Shown here piece by piece: positions 10,981 through 22,669 of a stretch of 50,290 bases of DNA. This stretch comes from Octopus bimaculoides (taxonomy: Eukaryota). The translations under genes and the position numbers were made by a program. Numbering within the stretch: the stretch's first letter is position 1; each line of letters begins with the position of its first letter. The notes under the pieces are model-generated. The model worked only from the letters and a program-made list of their open reading frames with translations, did no database searches and had not been told where the DNA came from. The stretch is taken from the NCBI RefSeq assembly GCF_001194135.2, contig NC_069004.1:13084411-13134700 (forward strand). Direction: 5' to 3'.

Positions 10981-11759
10981 TATATATATCATAGGTGTGT
11001 AGTCCATGGAAGCAAGGCAAGAAATGCTTCCCTTAAAAATTATAGAAACAAAATCGAAACTATATTACCTATTTTTCATAAGATTGTTCTTCTAATGTTC
11101 TGTAAAATTTATATAAACTACATGACATCATAGGCTTCAGACTTCTATTGTCGGAATTAGCATGAGATGACAAGCAGTGGCAGATGATACAAAAAAAAAA
11201 ATCTGTGCAACGGAAGCAACATGAGCTGTTGCATCCTTTTCATTGTAATATTTTAACATTATTTTTCAATAAATGCCACAAAAAGAATTTTTTTCTAGTA
11301 AGAACTGATAACAAATAGATTTAGATGCTAATAAAATACTTATACACTTAAATTGAGTTTCTGTCAATTCGCAGTACCTATGATATATATAATCTTATGT
11401 TGTTATGTAAAGAGGCCTTTACATCGGACATCCTCAACCTTGCTAATAACCAATGAGCAATCCACTATATCACTCATTGACCTGCCAGAATAAGCAATGA
11501 AAATTTCTTTTAAATCAACCATTTAAAAATTAATAATGGAAAACATATAGGACAATGAAGTCCTATTTACATTCATCATCATCATCATTTAAAGTCCATG
11601 TCCTTGCTGGCATGGGTTGGACTAATGAGAAAAATATGGGCTGGTTATGGCCAGAACTTACGATTTGAAAAACTTGGGTGACAGGCCTGTTGAAGCAGAG
11701 TTGACTTAGGATTATAGAACAACCCCTTTAATACTGGTTCCACATCTGGCATGGTTGGA

Positions 11760-12135
11760 CAGTAATTTCAAGGGATCGGGTAAGTTGATTACATTGACCT
11801 CAGTCATCAACTGGTACTTGACATTATTGACATTGAAAGGGTGAAAGGCAGAGCCAACCTCGGTGGAATTTGAATTCAGAATGTGAAGATGGATGAAATG
11901 CTGTTCAGTATTCTGTACAGTGTGTAAACAATTCTGCCAGCTCGCTGCCTTATTAATAACAATAATGGTCTCACATTGACCCCCAGCACTCAACTGGTAC
12001 TTATTTTATTGACACCAAAATGATGAAAGGTAAAGTCAACCTTGGTGGAATTTGAACTCAGAACATAAAGACAGATCAAATGCCACTAAGCATTTTGCCT
12101 GCTGTGCTAATGATTCTACCAGCTTGTTGCCTTAT
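11760..12135 (-). mobile_element. Two tandem SINE family A copies
   Basis: Reverse complement of the family A consensus, twice. Confidence 0.8.
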
Positions 12136-12700
12136 TTGGAGTTAGCATTATATAATTATCATTGTAATCGATGGAGTGCCAGTTTAAGTGAAATGGTGTT
12201 AATAAAGAAATCCCTTGCTTAGAAAAAAAGCAAGTAAGGGTTGTTGACATGAAGAGCATCCAGCTGTAAAATCCTGCCTGAAATAATTCTCCATCCAAAC
12301 CCATTGTAGCTTGGAAACAAAATAGACATTAAAAAAATGAAAAAAGCTTCAATTATATCATGAATACTATTTTAATAATTAACAAGTTAGTTATTTTATT
12401 AAATCTCCGTTATTAAAAAAAATTAATCAAAACAAATTGGCAATGTATTTCATTAGAAATGTGCTCATGAAAAAGTTAATACATGGATATTAAAAAGTTA
12501 ATTAGAGATACTTTTTACTGCTCATTGCATTAAATATGCTAAAACCAACTTAGCTATTATTTTTCAGGTGGACAGCATCTCTGAGTAATTAACTTTGTGG
12601 ATAAATTCATATTATATGCTAATTTTTCACGACTACTTATGTACATCTATTTAGTGAATCTCTCACCACTACTTTTGAGAGAACTGGAATTGTTATGCTT

Positions 12701-12735
12701 TGCTGAAGAGGTTTAATAAAACTGAAACCTAACCT
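12701..12735 (+). ncRNA. Degenerate hammerhead-like motif
   Basis: CTGAAGA GGTT TAATAA AACT GAAAC CTA; core and stem II present, GUH triplet and stem I not intact. Confidence 0.4.
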
Positions 12736-12749
12736 GAGTTATTTAGAGA

Positions 12750-13035
12750 CTGTAGTTCAAGGAAATTGAAGATTTTTATATTGAGTTAAGACTGTATTTC
12801 AGAGAATTTGGTGGGGGTGTCTGTAGGTCAAGATTGTAGTTCAAAGAATTGTTTCTTTCTTTCTTTCATTTTTTGTTAGAATAAAGATTTCCATTCAGAG
12901 AATTTGGAGATATTTATATGAATGTGAAGTCTGCAATTTAAAAAGTTCATAGGGCTTTAGGGTAAAAACAACAATGAATAGAATCTAGATTTTTCTTTTA
13001 CTAAAAAATACTGAACTTCAAAGAATTTGGAGGAT
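12750..13035 (+). repeat. Dispersed array of a ~20-bp motif CTGTAgTTCARAGAATTTGG (5-6 copies)
   Basis: Copies at ~12750, 12792, 12821, 12834, 12893 and 13011. Confidence 0.6.
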
Positions 13036-13747
13036 TTTTTTTTTTTTATTAATTAAAAAAAAAGGTGAATGCTTTAACAACTTTACATTGCTCTTTCAGT
13101 TTTGCAATAGCTTTATTTTGGCAAAACCCGCTGTGGCAAATATTTTATCTTTCACATTGCTTAAAGGGGTTTTCCTTGCTATCTAATTCAGAAGAAAGAT
13201 AGTGGACTGAGTGTTAGCATAGCTGGTCTAGAATATTCTTTGGCGCTAAACAATCTGCCAAAATGACGGTGATTTAGATGCCTAACCCAGCTGGATCAAT
13301 AAAATAAATACCTGAATCATAATGTAGATAAGTGGTCAAAACCGAGCTATATATATATTTATAACTGGCTGCATTGAGCATGTGGCATAGAGCCAAGTAT
13401 TTGATTAGCTCCTCCTGTTTCTTTAAATAGTTCTACTCAATGAAGACTTACAGACATTGGTCTAGCCAACAACAGCAACATATAAGTTACAAATTATCAG
13501 TTGATTGTCGGAATATTAAGCTAATTAAACATTAACTTATTAATCAGTAACTAGGCGCAGTATTTATCACTGTTATTGATGCTGGTTATACACAACGAGA
13601 TAATTTACAATCAGAAAATGATTAATGCCATAAAACGCAAGAGAAAACGCAAGAGAAAACGCAAACTATAATAAATGGTCTGCTATTATTTTTTTTCTCC
13701 TTTTTTCATTTCGGTTAATTCCGATCCAGTAATTCTTGTTTTCGTAC

Positions 13748-13765
13748 CTCATTATCTTCCAACAT
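13748..13765 (-). CDS. Candidate first coding exon (MLEDNE) of an unidentified gene
   Basis: ATG TTG GAA GAT AAT GAG|gtacga, 38 bp downstream of the X-box-like site. Confidence 0.3.
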
Positions 13766-13802
13766 AAGGACTTGTGTGTTACAACTCAACAATGCTTCAG
13801 TA

Positions 13803-13816
13803 GTTACCATGCAAAC
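13803..13816. promoter_or_regulatory. RFX X-box-like motif
   Basis: GTTACC AT GCAAAC; one mismatch to GTHNYY-AT-RRNAAC. Confidence 0.45.
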
Positions 13817-13919
13817 ATCATGAATCGCTCCTAACCACTTTCATACAGAATGTTCGTTTTACTAAACTTATCTATTCTTGTTACTTTAACTAAGCCATTA
13901 CAACTCTTGTCAAGATATA

Positions 13920-14115
13920 CATGTCTACCATGCCCCTCCCCACTGACCCATCACTGCCGCCGCCGCCACCACCACTATTACTGCCAATGTTAACATTTCC
14001 ACTGCCACCACCACAACTGCCACCACTACTATCACTGCTGCTACCTTCATCACTATCACCACTGCCATCCCTGTTCCCACAACTGGAACCAATACTAAGG
14101 TGGGGGGGGGGGGTA
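13920..14115. repeat. CAC/CTG trinucleotide low-complexity region
   Basis: Direct inspection; explains the Pro/Leu-rich ORFs. Confidence 0.75.
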
Positions 14116-14179
14116 ATTCCTATCTTTAGATAAAAAAAACCAAAAAACAAAAACAAAAACTAGCACTGTCAGTTACAAC

Positions 14180-14470
14180 AGCAAAGATTTCAGTTGACCC
14201 AATCAACGGAACAGCCTGCTTGCGAAATTGATGAGCAAGTGGCTGAGCACTCCACAGACACATGTAACCTTAAGGTAGTTCTCAGGGAGATTCAGCATGA
14301 CACAGGATGTGACAGTGCTGGCCCTTTGAAATACAGGTACTACTTATTTTTGCCAGCTGAGTCGACTGGAGCAATGTGAAATAAAGTGTCTTGCCCAAGG
14401 ACACAGTGTGCTGCTGGGAATCGAACCCATGACCTTGCAAGCCTGAGCTGAATATTCTAACCATGAAGCC
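14180..14470 (-). mobile_element. tRNA-derived SINE family C (conserved central tgtgtccttgggcaagacacttt domain)
   Basis: Minus-strand head tggttagaatattcagctc...gggttcgattccc then tgtgtccttgggcaagacactttatttcacattgctccag. Confidence 0.85.
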
Positions 14471-15309
14471 ACTCTCAGGTAATATTCCCAGGTGACATAA
14501 TAGTAGCTATTCTTAGCAGCTAGGTGATCTAGAAGTGTGTGGATTTAAGGTCACTGCTCAAATATACAACAGTGCTTGCAGTAGGTTTGAACTTATGATC
14601 TTTCAGTTAGGAGGAAGTGGTGGTGGTCCAATATTCAGGAATTTCGCTTTTGCACCGAGTAAACATTAATCTAATAATAGCAACAGGTTCACTTTGTCAC
14701 TTTCCTTATTTTCTCTCTCTCTCTCTCTCATATATATGTGAACATGTCTATGAGAGAGTGCACATTGTGTGTGTGTGGTGTGTGTGTGTGTGTGCATGTG
14801 TGTAAGTTTAAATAACCCAGATAAAGTATGATATCAAAAACACTTTCATCATCATCCCTGTTATCCTTGTTATAATCTAGATCACTACAGACATAAACAC
14901 CCCCACCCCGGGCTCCACCATTCTGATCATTAATCATAATTGCCATCATTGCCACCAATAACCATCATCTTCACAGTTGTCAACATAGCCAAAACATTCT
15001 GGTTTATCATTAATACTACACAAGCACTTTACAGATTGCAACCAACACACTGGCTGCATTTTCACGTGGTGTCAGCAGTCAACCGTTTGTCACCTCTGTG
15101 ATGCGATCAACATGTCCTATCAGCTCTACGTTGCTTCTGTTCATTCAGTAAGCATTTTTACTGCATGTACTGGAGGAATTTATCATGGAGTTAGCACTAG
15201 TAAAGGTTGTCATCTATTATATAAAACTAAAAATTCCTCACAACTCCATGTTATGTGTTTACTCAAAACTGCTTCTTCTTTATTCCCTAGTTGGTGACCA
15301 TAAGGGGAT

Positions 15310-15470
15310 GCTGCCTTCTCAAACAATATGCTGCAGTGAGTGCCACTGGGTTATGGACCCTGGTGATGATGTTGTTCCATGGTTTCTGATCCATGGTGCT
15401 GGCTTTAGCATGCTTGAGTTCAAGGTGCTGCAACTTCAGGTCTTCCTCAATCCGTTTCACCCTTGCTCAA
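15310..15470 (-). pseudogene. Probable C-terminal fragment of a LINE (RTE-like) ORF
   Basis: RVKRIEEDLKLQHLELKHAKASTMDQKPWNNIIT resembles the W.D.I..DL....A...A.DR..WR.I tail. Confidence 0.4.
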
Positions 15471-15645
15471 GGCAATCTAACCAAAAGTGGAAATTGCAGA
15501 TAGAGTGATAGAGCAATGACAGAAGAAAATCCAGGATGGCTCAGTGAAGGAAACAAGAGTCTGACAGCAGAAACAGTGACTGGGGGTATAAGAACATTAA
15601 GACATTTCATCTAACACTACAATTTCTGCCACTCTTCCACCTCAA

Positions 15646-15859
15646 ACCTTTAGCATTTAAACCGGCCATATCAGGCCCAAATATCTTCCCATTTTTATTA
15701 TCAAACTGGCCAGATCCAGCCTCTCACACCTACCCTACAATGTCATTCTAAAAATAAACAATGAAATCACATCATCGAAATCTTGAAGCTACAAGATAAC
15801 ATATTAATTACAAAATAGATAAGCATTATATTTGACAGAGGAATCTGAATGCTAAAGGG
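15646..15859 (+). mobile_element. piggyBac-type MITE
   Basis: TIR acctttagcatt / aatgctaaaggg followed by TTAA. Confidence 0.8.
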
Positions 15860-16584
15860 TTAATTAATGCAAACCAACTCCATCATCAACATCTAATGAT
15901 TACAATTTGCAATTGTGTCAGGTGTGACAACAGATACACTACATGACCATTACTTGTTCAATCATTGGTGATTTACGTTTATCCATAATTGTGGCCCCAT
16001 TGTACATCATCAGAGTTCTTGACCATGATTTTAAAAAAATTACCCACAGTTCAGTCTCCCATGGATAAATACCCAGATGATTACACAGTGTAACACGATT
16101 TTTGCCCTTGGATAGCAACTGTTATTTCCTATTTGCTTACCTCTAGAAAGTATTAAAAATGGCTAATATTTCCTTCAAACTTTGCTTTTCTTACATTTAT
16201 TCAAATCCCAAAGAATCTTTCTCAACACATGGTTATGATGCTCCCCTATTACTCCTGCTTATGATCAGAGAATCACATATTGCCAGTCACTAATGAACAT
16301 GCTCAAGTGGTTAAGGGTCAACTAAGTGACAAGCAAATCTGTGGTATTGAACAGAATATTTGCCATAATGATATTTCTGCTTCAGCAACTCAGAGCTGAA
16401 TCTGTTTGAAATGTAATGGAAAATATGTCAGTTTCAAAACACTGATGCCCAGGTCACAAAAGCAAAGTTTGAAGGGAATAGTAGTGATTTCTTTTGATTT
16501 CTAGATAGAAGTAAATAGAAAATAGCATTGACCAAAGTTTAAAAAAAAAAAAAGAAAGTTTTGTTACACAGTGTTATTTGCTTA

Positions 16585-16705
16585 GTAGAAATCTCTGGCT
16601 GTTGCAGAAGGTACCCAGCAAGTTGCAGCCAACTTCCTTCCTGCTCTCTTATTGGTCAAAGTAGAATTTCACCAGCATGTTGACATTCCTAAAACTTGGT
16701 CAGCT
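16585..16705 (-). other. Candidate (terminal?) exon, unidentified
   Basis: Strong pyrimidine tract tttttttctctttttttctattaaactttattaaaattccag| then xDQVLGMSTCW*; the plus strand here is also open (KSLAVAEGTQQVAANFLPALLLVKVEFHQHVDIPKTW). Confidence 0.25.
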
Positions 16706-17399
16706 GGAATTTTAATAAAGTTTAATAGAAAAAAAGAGAAAAAAAATTCTTGAATTCATCCATCTGTGTACCTATTTATATCTACATATTTATACACATC
16801 ATATCAATAAATTTTATTTCCAGTTGCACCAAACTATTTGTCCATATGCCTAGTCCTCTATTAAACTAAGAAGATAAGGTTAGATTAGATAAGTTTAGCA
16901 ATGAAAATATTTATTTTTAAGAACTGATAAGAATATACATACATACATACATACATACATACATACATTATATATATATATATATATATATGACACATAC
17001 ATGTGAGTGCAATATATGTGTGTGTGTGAGAGAGAGAGTAAACATATTACAGGATGTAATAAATCATATAAGAAATTATGCCACCAGACTCACAAGAAAG
17101 TGCATCTTAGAATGTAACTGAATTCCAATTAATTAATGTCACTGCTAATATTTTTAGGATATATTAATCCGTAGTCATTATAGTCATATAAATAACCTAA
17201 CTGCTATGGTTTCTTTTAAATAGGGACAAGGTTAATATCCTTGGGAGGTGGGAAAGAGAGGGAGGATTGCTACATGTCTGAGTTGAAAATTTGCAACAGT
17301 TGTGTTAGTTGTCATCTTTGTTTAACCCCAGGACATGACCAAACAGACTTATGATCAAAGGCGTACTATCCACAATAGTCCTATCATTTTTCAAGCCAA

Positions 17400-17582
17400 A
17401 CCAGCTGGCAGGAGACCAAAGGGTTGACCAAGAATAATATCCATAGTCGTGGTTGGTCATGCCTAGGGATCCAGCAGAAAAGTGTCCAATAATGGTTGCT
17501 TCTGATAGGACTCTATAGAGGTGGTACTTGAGGACTCAATCTCCCTGGTCCTCCCAGAAATACTGGGTGGAGAAAATGGGTA
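17400..17582 (+). mobile_element. RTE-clade (Rex3/Expander-like) LINE 3' end remnant
   Basis: GRRPKG*PR..., SRGWSCLGIQ, then ...ggtggagaaaatgg tail. Confidence 0.55.
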
Positions 17583-17934
17583 CTTTCTAATGTGACCATT
17601 TTTGAAGATGATCAGAATGTGATTTGAGAGATTTTGGCTGTGTTTTATTTGAATTCTTTATCTAAACAGATTGAGTGCCTAAGTCGCCTTTCTTTAAAGG
17701 ATAAGTATATCTCAAACTACATCATACAATGAGTTCTTCCCTCTTCTGAGATGGTAGGCTGATTTCATGGATTTGGATGATGTAGGCTATAGAAGAAGAC
17801 ACTTGCCCAAGATGAGTTGCAGTTGGGCTGAACCCAAGACCACATGGTTGGGAAACCAGCTTTTTAAAACCACAGTCATGCATTCACCTATGATTTATGA
17901 CATAAAAAATAAATAACAAATTAAAATTATAAAT

Positions 17935-18350
17935 TGTGACTGTGTGGTAAGGAGCTTGCTTCACAACCACATGGTTCCAGGTTCAGTCCCACTGCATGAC
18001 ACTTTGAGTAAGAGTCTTCTACTATAGCCTCAGGCTAACCAAAGTCTGTGAATGGATTTGGCAGATGGAAACTGAAAGAAGCACATCATATATATATATA
18101 TATATATGCATATATTTATGTGTGTGTGTGTCTTTGTGTCTGTTTATCCCCCGCTACCACTTGACAACTGGTGTTATTGTGTTCATATCCCTGTAACCTA
18201 GCAGTTCAGCAAAAGAGACCAACAGAATAACTACTGGGTGGGCTTTAAAAAAAATAAGTCCTGAGATCAATTTGTTTGACTAAAATACCCTTCAGGGTGG
18301 TACCCCAACATGGCCACAGTTAAATGACTGAAATAAGTAAAAGATAAAAG
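17935..18350 (+). mobile_element. Full-length SINE family B (head, central TA/GT microsatellite, 3' domain)
   Basis: ctgtgtggtaaggagcttgcttc...gaaagaagc (ta)n(gt)n ...ttgacaactggtg...aaatgactgaaataagtaaaagataaaag. Confidence 0.85.
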
Positions 18351-18779
18351 AAAAAAGACTTTTGTCAACAACTACACACCCTCACTGTGAACGTGTTACA
18401 TAACCACCAAGTCCTTTTGAACCCTAACTAGGTTCTGTATTAGTACATAAACATGTAAAAGGCCTATCAGAACAGTTGAAGTTAAGTAACCCAGATGATG
18501 GAACCGTAACAGGAACGTGATTACATAATTACAAGAGTACCACCAATACAGCATGGATCATGACTAAATAAATATACAGAGTCATAAACATATGTATTTA
18601 GCCTCCAGCTTAAACAACAGCCCCGCCTCCGCCCAGATTAAACATGATTGAAAACACATGGTTATGACATGTTCTGCTCATATTTTAGCTAAATGACTGC
18701 TGCCCTTTATATGATAACAGATTCTTTATGATGTCAATATAATTTTATGTGTTATTACAATTTATTATCTTTTCTATAA

Positions 18780-19020
18780 TAGGTACAAGGCCTGAAGTTT
18801 TAGGGGAGGGTGCAAGTTGATTACATCAACCCAATGTTTGTATCATCATCCTCTTGTTCCCCTTACGTTCTGAGTTCAAGTTCTACTGAGGTCATGTTTG
18901 CATTTTATCTACCCAGTGTCAATAAAAGTGCCAGTCAAGTGCTTTTATTGAAGTTGATTAAACTGACTAACCCTGCTTCCCCAATTTTCAGACTTTGTGT
19001 CTATGCCAGAAGCAATTATT
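18780..19020. mobile_element. Rearranged SINE family A fragments
   Basis: tacaaggcctgaagttttagggg (minus tail) joined to ctgagttcaagttctactgaggtc (plus body). Confidence 0.55.
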
Positions 19021-19029
19021 ATTATTCCA

Positions 19030-19269
19030 AAGAATGAAAAGTTTTGAATGGTACAACAATGCACTATAATACAAAAATGGACTATATACCTGTTGTAATT
19101 TAGTTATCCATAGTCCAATGATATTTCGGAATACAATTCCTTCTTCAGATCTTCTGAAGGAATTGTATTCCGAAATATCATCGGACTATAGATAACCAAA
19201 TTACAACAGGTATATAGTCCATTTTTGTATTATAGTGCATTGTTGTACCATTCAAAACTTTTCATTCTT
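19030..19269. mobile_element. 240-bp near-perfect palindrome of two head-to-head hammerhead-bearing arms (PLE pseudo-LTR-like)
   Basis: Arms 19030-19140 and 19159-19269 are reverse complements with 3 transition mismatches. Confidence 0.85.
19115..19151 (-). ncRNA. Minimal type I hammerhead ribozyme motif (AUC triplet, self-complementary stem III)
   Basis: GAT CTGAAGA A GGAAT-TGT-ATTCC GAAA TATC ATT; core intact, stem I only 3 bp. Confidence 0.7.
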
Positions 19270-19339
19270 AACAAACAATACACAATGCTTCAAGAGAACT
19301 ACAATACTCTCCTATTATTATTCTTTCTCTGGCAATGAT

Positions 19340-19660
19340 ACTCTGTCAGTTATGATGACAAAGGTTCCAGTTGATCTGATCAATGGAACAGCTTGCTCGT
19401 GAAATTAACGTGCAAGTGGCTGGGCATCCCCAGACATGTGTACCCTTAAAATAGTTCTGCGAGAGATTCAGTGTAATACAGAATGACAAGGCTGGCCCAT
19501 TGAAAGGCAGGTACTACTTCACATTTTTGTCAGCTGAGTGGACTGGAGCAATGTGAAAATAAAAGTGTCTTGCTCAAGGATATAATGTGCTGCTGGGAAT
19601 TGAACTCATGACCATATATTTATGAGCTGAATACCCTAACCACTAAGCCACGTGCCTTCA
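19340..19660 (-). mobile_element. SINE family C
   Basis: Homologous to 14180-14470. Confidence 0.85.
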
Positions 19661-19702
19661 AATTCTTTCTCTATCTCTCCATTTGAGGTAGCCATGTTTC
19701 TT

Positions 19703-19932
19703 ATTTTTTTCTACCCACAAGGGGCTACACACAGAGGGGACAAACAAGGACAGACAAACGGATTAAGTCGATTATATCAACCCCAGTGCGCAACTGGTAC
19801 TTATTTTATTGATTTCAAAAGGATGAAAGGCAAAGTCGACCTCGGCGGAATTTGAACTCAGAACGTAGCGGCAGACGAAATACCACTAAGCATTTCGCCC
19901 GGCGTGCTAACGTTTCTGTCAGCTCACCACCC
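19703..19932 (-). mobile_element. Young SINE family A insertion with TSD
   Basis: CpG-rich copy; TSD tga(g/a)gtagccatgtttctt at 19684-19702 and 19933-19951. Confidence 0.92.
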
Positions 19933-20039
19933 TGAAGTAGCCATGTTTCTTTTAATGCAAAACACCTTCTCCGTCCCTCAATACTACTCCCCCCACCAGT
20001 TGCGGGGTTTGTCTTGCAAGTTACTTGGTGACTCCACCA

Positions 20040-20235
20040 CTGCTGGTGCCATGTAAAAATCACCCAATACACTCTGTAAAGTGGTTGGCAGTATTAGGAA
20101 GGACATCCAGTCATAGAAACCATGCCAAAACAGACAGTAGGGGTTGGTGCAGTCTTCTGACATGCTAGTAGCTGTCAAACTATCTTACCCATGTCAGCAT
20201 GGGCAATGGATGTTAAACAATAATGATGATGATGA
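20040..20235 (+). mobile_element. Retroelement 3' tail ending in (GAT)n (probably RTE-related); further copies near 6890, 12220, 23640, 28870, 34260 and 37600
   Basis: gtggttggc.ttaggaagg(g)catccag.tagaaacc...cccatg..agcatgg...gttaaa..(gat)n. Confidence 0.6.
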
Positions 20236-21029
20236 CTCAGAGTTGATAAAGCAAGTACCAGTTGAGTACTGGGTCCAAGTAATCAACTAGCCCCCTTCCC
20301 CCAAATTTCAGGCCTTGTGCCAATTGTAGAAAGCGTTTCTATCTCTACCTTTATGTTCCATGTTCAAGTCCTGCTGAGGTCAGCTTTACTTTTCATCCTT
20401 TTGGGGGTCAATAAAATAAGTACCAGTAGAGCACTGGGGTCCATGTCAATCGACGTAATCCCTCCATCTAAGATTGACGGCCTTGTGTCGAAATCTGAAA
20501 CCATTATTATTATTATTATTATGCTGTCTGAGAAGCAGAAATGATACCAAACTAATAGTGTGGTATCTAATGAAGTATCTTGAAGTGATATTCAGCTATA
20601 AGTAGGGTTAAAATCTCCTGAGAGGGGGAAAAATATGTTAAAGGACTGCTCATAGGACTTGAACAAAGCATCTTCTATAACCCAGACAGATGTGTTAACA
20701 ATTACACTTAAGTAGCAGCTCGCCAGTCTGTCTTCAAGGGTGTATATGTTTTGTAAGTAAGAATTATTGAGTGAAAATAATAGCAATATATTGAAAATAA
20801 TTGCTCAAATCAGTATGATGGCTTAATTTCCAGCAAGAGAAGGCAAATGTCATTATTTGCACTCTTATGATAGGCAACAGATGGTAATGGTACAATTGGT
20901 GCAGCACTAGAAGAATAAAGGTCCTGGCAATGTTTATGTCCTATTTTCATTCTGTATTCAAATCTCACAGAAATTATTAATTTTACATTTGAATCCTCTG
21001 AGTGTTAATAAGATACTGTCTCTTTGTCA

Positions 21030-21345
21030 GTTACAACGACAAGGGTTCCAGTTGATCTGATCAATGGAACAACCTACTTGTGATATTAACATGCAAGGGG
21101 ATGAGCACTCCACAGACATGTGTACCCTTAACGTAGGTCTCAGGGAGATGCAGTATGACACAGAATGTGACAAGGCTGGCCCTTTGAAATACAGGTACAA
21201 CTCATTTTTAGCCAATTGATTGAAGTCAAGCAATGTGATATAAAGTGTCTTGCCGAAGTACACAATGCGTCGCTGGGAATTGAACTCATGACTGTATGAA
21301 TATGAGCTGAGTACCCTAAGCACTAAGCCACGTGTCTTCATGTTG
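21030..21345 (-). mobile_element. SINE family C
   Basis: Homologous to 14180-14470. Confidence 0.85.
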
Positions 21346-21859
21346 ATAAGATAAAGTATCAATCAAATACTGAGAATGGAAAGGATAAGGGGGTAGGTGA
21401 CAATAAATTGACTACACTCTCTCCCCCTGTCCCACCTCCAAATTAGTGTCCTTGTACTAATATAAAAATCATCTCTACAATTGAGTTGTTCTATACATTC
21501 TGCATAGCCTTTTATGTTACAAATGAATTAATCATTAACACATAATCATATAGTGTAAATAATTTTGTATAACACAACACAGGGAAAATATTAAAAAGAA
21601 AAGGAGCTAATTATGAATTCTAACACAGGCTGATGGAAACCTGCAACTGAAAACCATGCAATCCAGTCCTACTAGTTCATGGTTGAGGGGTTAGCATCTA
21701 AACTGGTTCCCTACTGGACCTATCCAGTGAGGAGGGTGTGTCAGTAACCAGAAAGTTAAAAAAGCAAAACTTGTCAATGGTGGAGGGGGTTCCTTGAGAG
21801 CCAACAACATCCATATATCTTGGGGAAGAGATTTTACTATTTTTACTGGCACTCTGTCA

Positions 21860-22148
21860 TTTATAATGATGAGGGTTCCACTTGATCTAATCAATGGAAC
21901 AGCTTGCTTGTGAAATTAACATGCAAGTGACTGAGCACTCTACAGACAATCATACCTTTAATATAGTTCTCAAGGAGATACAGCGTGACACAGAATGTCA
22001 TAAAGCTGACCTTTGAATTACAGACACAATTTTGCCAGCTAGAGCAACATGAAATAAATGTCTTGCTCAAGGACACAACTTGCCACCAGGAATTGAACCC
22101 ACAACAGTAAGAATAATTTCCTAACCACTAAGCCATGCACCTTCACCG
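21860..22148 (-). mobile_element. SINE family C (internally deleted)
   Basis: Homologous to 14180-14470. Confidence 0.8.
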
Positions 22149-22280
22149 GGGAGGAGATGGGCATCTTCAGGATTACCAAATCCAATGAAACACTTGGACT
22201 AGTAAGGATCTGTGTTTACCTGAAGAAAGCCCCAAACCAAGAAAATGGGAAACAATGTTACGAAATTGTTCATGTTTTCC

Positions 22281-22318
<38 letters not shown>

Positions 22319-22656
22319 NNNNNNNNNNNNNNNNNNNNNNNNNNNNNNNNNNNNNNNNNNNNNNNNNNNNNNNNNNNNNNNNNNNNNNNNNNNNNNNNNN
22401 NNNNNNNNNNNNNNNNNNNNNNNNNNNNNNNNNNNNNNNNNNNNNNNNNNNNNNNNNNNNNNNNNNNNNNNNNNNNNNNNNNNNNNNNNNNNNNNNNNNN
22501 NNNNNNNNNNNNNNNNNNNNNNNNNNNNNNNNNNNNNNNNNNNNNNNNNNNNNNNNNNNNNNNNNNNNNNNNNNNNNNNNNNNNNNNNNNNNNNNNNNNN
22601 NNNNNNNNNNNNNNNNNNNNNNNNNNNNNNNNNNNNNNNNNNNNNNNNNNNNNNNN
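22319..22656. other. Assembly gap inside (TA)n
   Basis: N run. Confidence 1.
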
Positions 22657-22669
22657 ATATATATATATA

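Larger units (their letters stand above)
13560..13860. promoter_or_regulatory. CpG-retaining non-repeat island; candidate promoter
   Basis: About 10 CpG in 300 bp against CpG-poor flanks; contains a 12-bp tandem repeat (aaaacgcaagag) and an X-box-like site. Confidence 0.5.

Noticed and set aside
16600-16680. In-frame TGA as selenocysteine (…STCW-U-NST…)
   Set aside because: No selenoprotein family match and no SECIS-like AUGA/AA/GA stem seen downstream.
18622-18636. Double GC box ccccgcctccgccc
   Set aside because: Isolated, with no wider CpG island or exon signal.
20830-20882. 50-nt plus-strand exon reading REGKCHYLH (CCCH-like)
   Set aside because: Too short, and no partner exons found.
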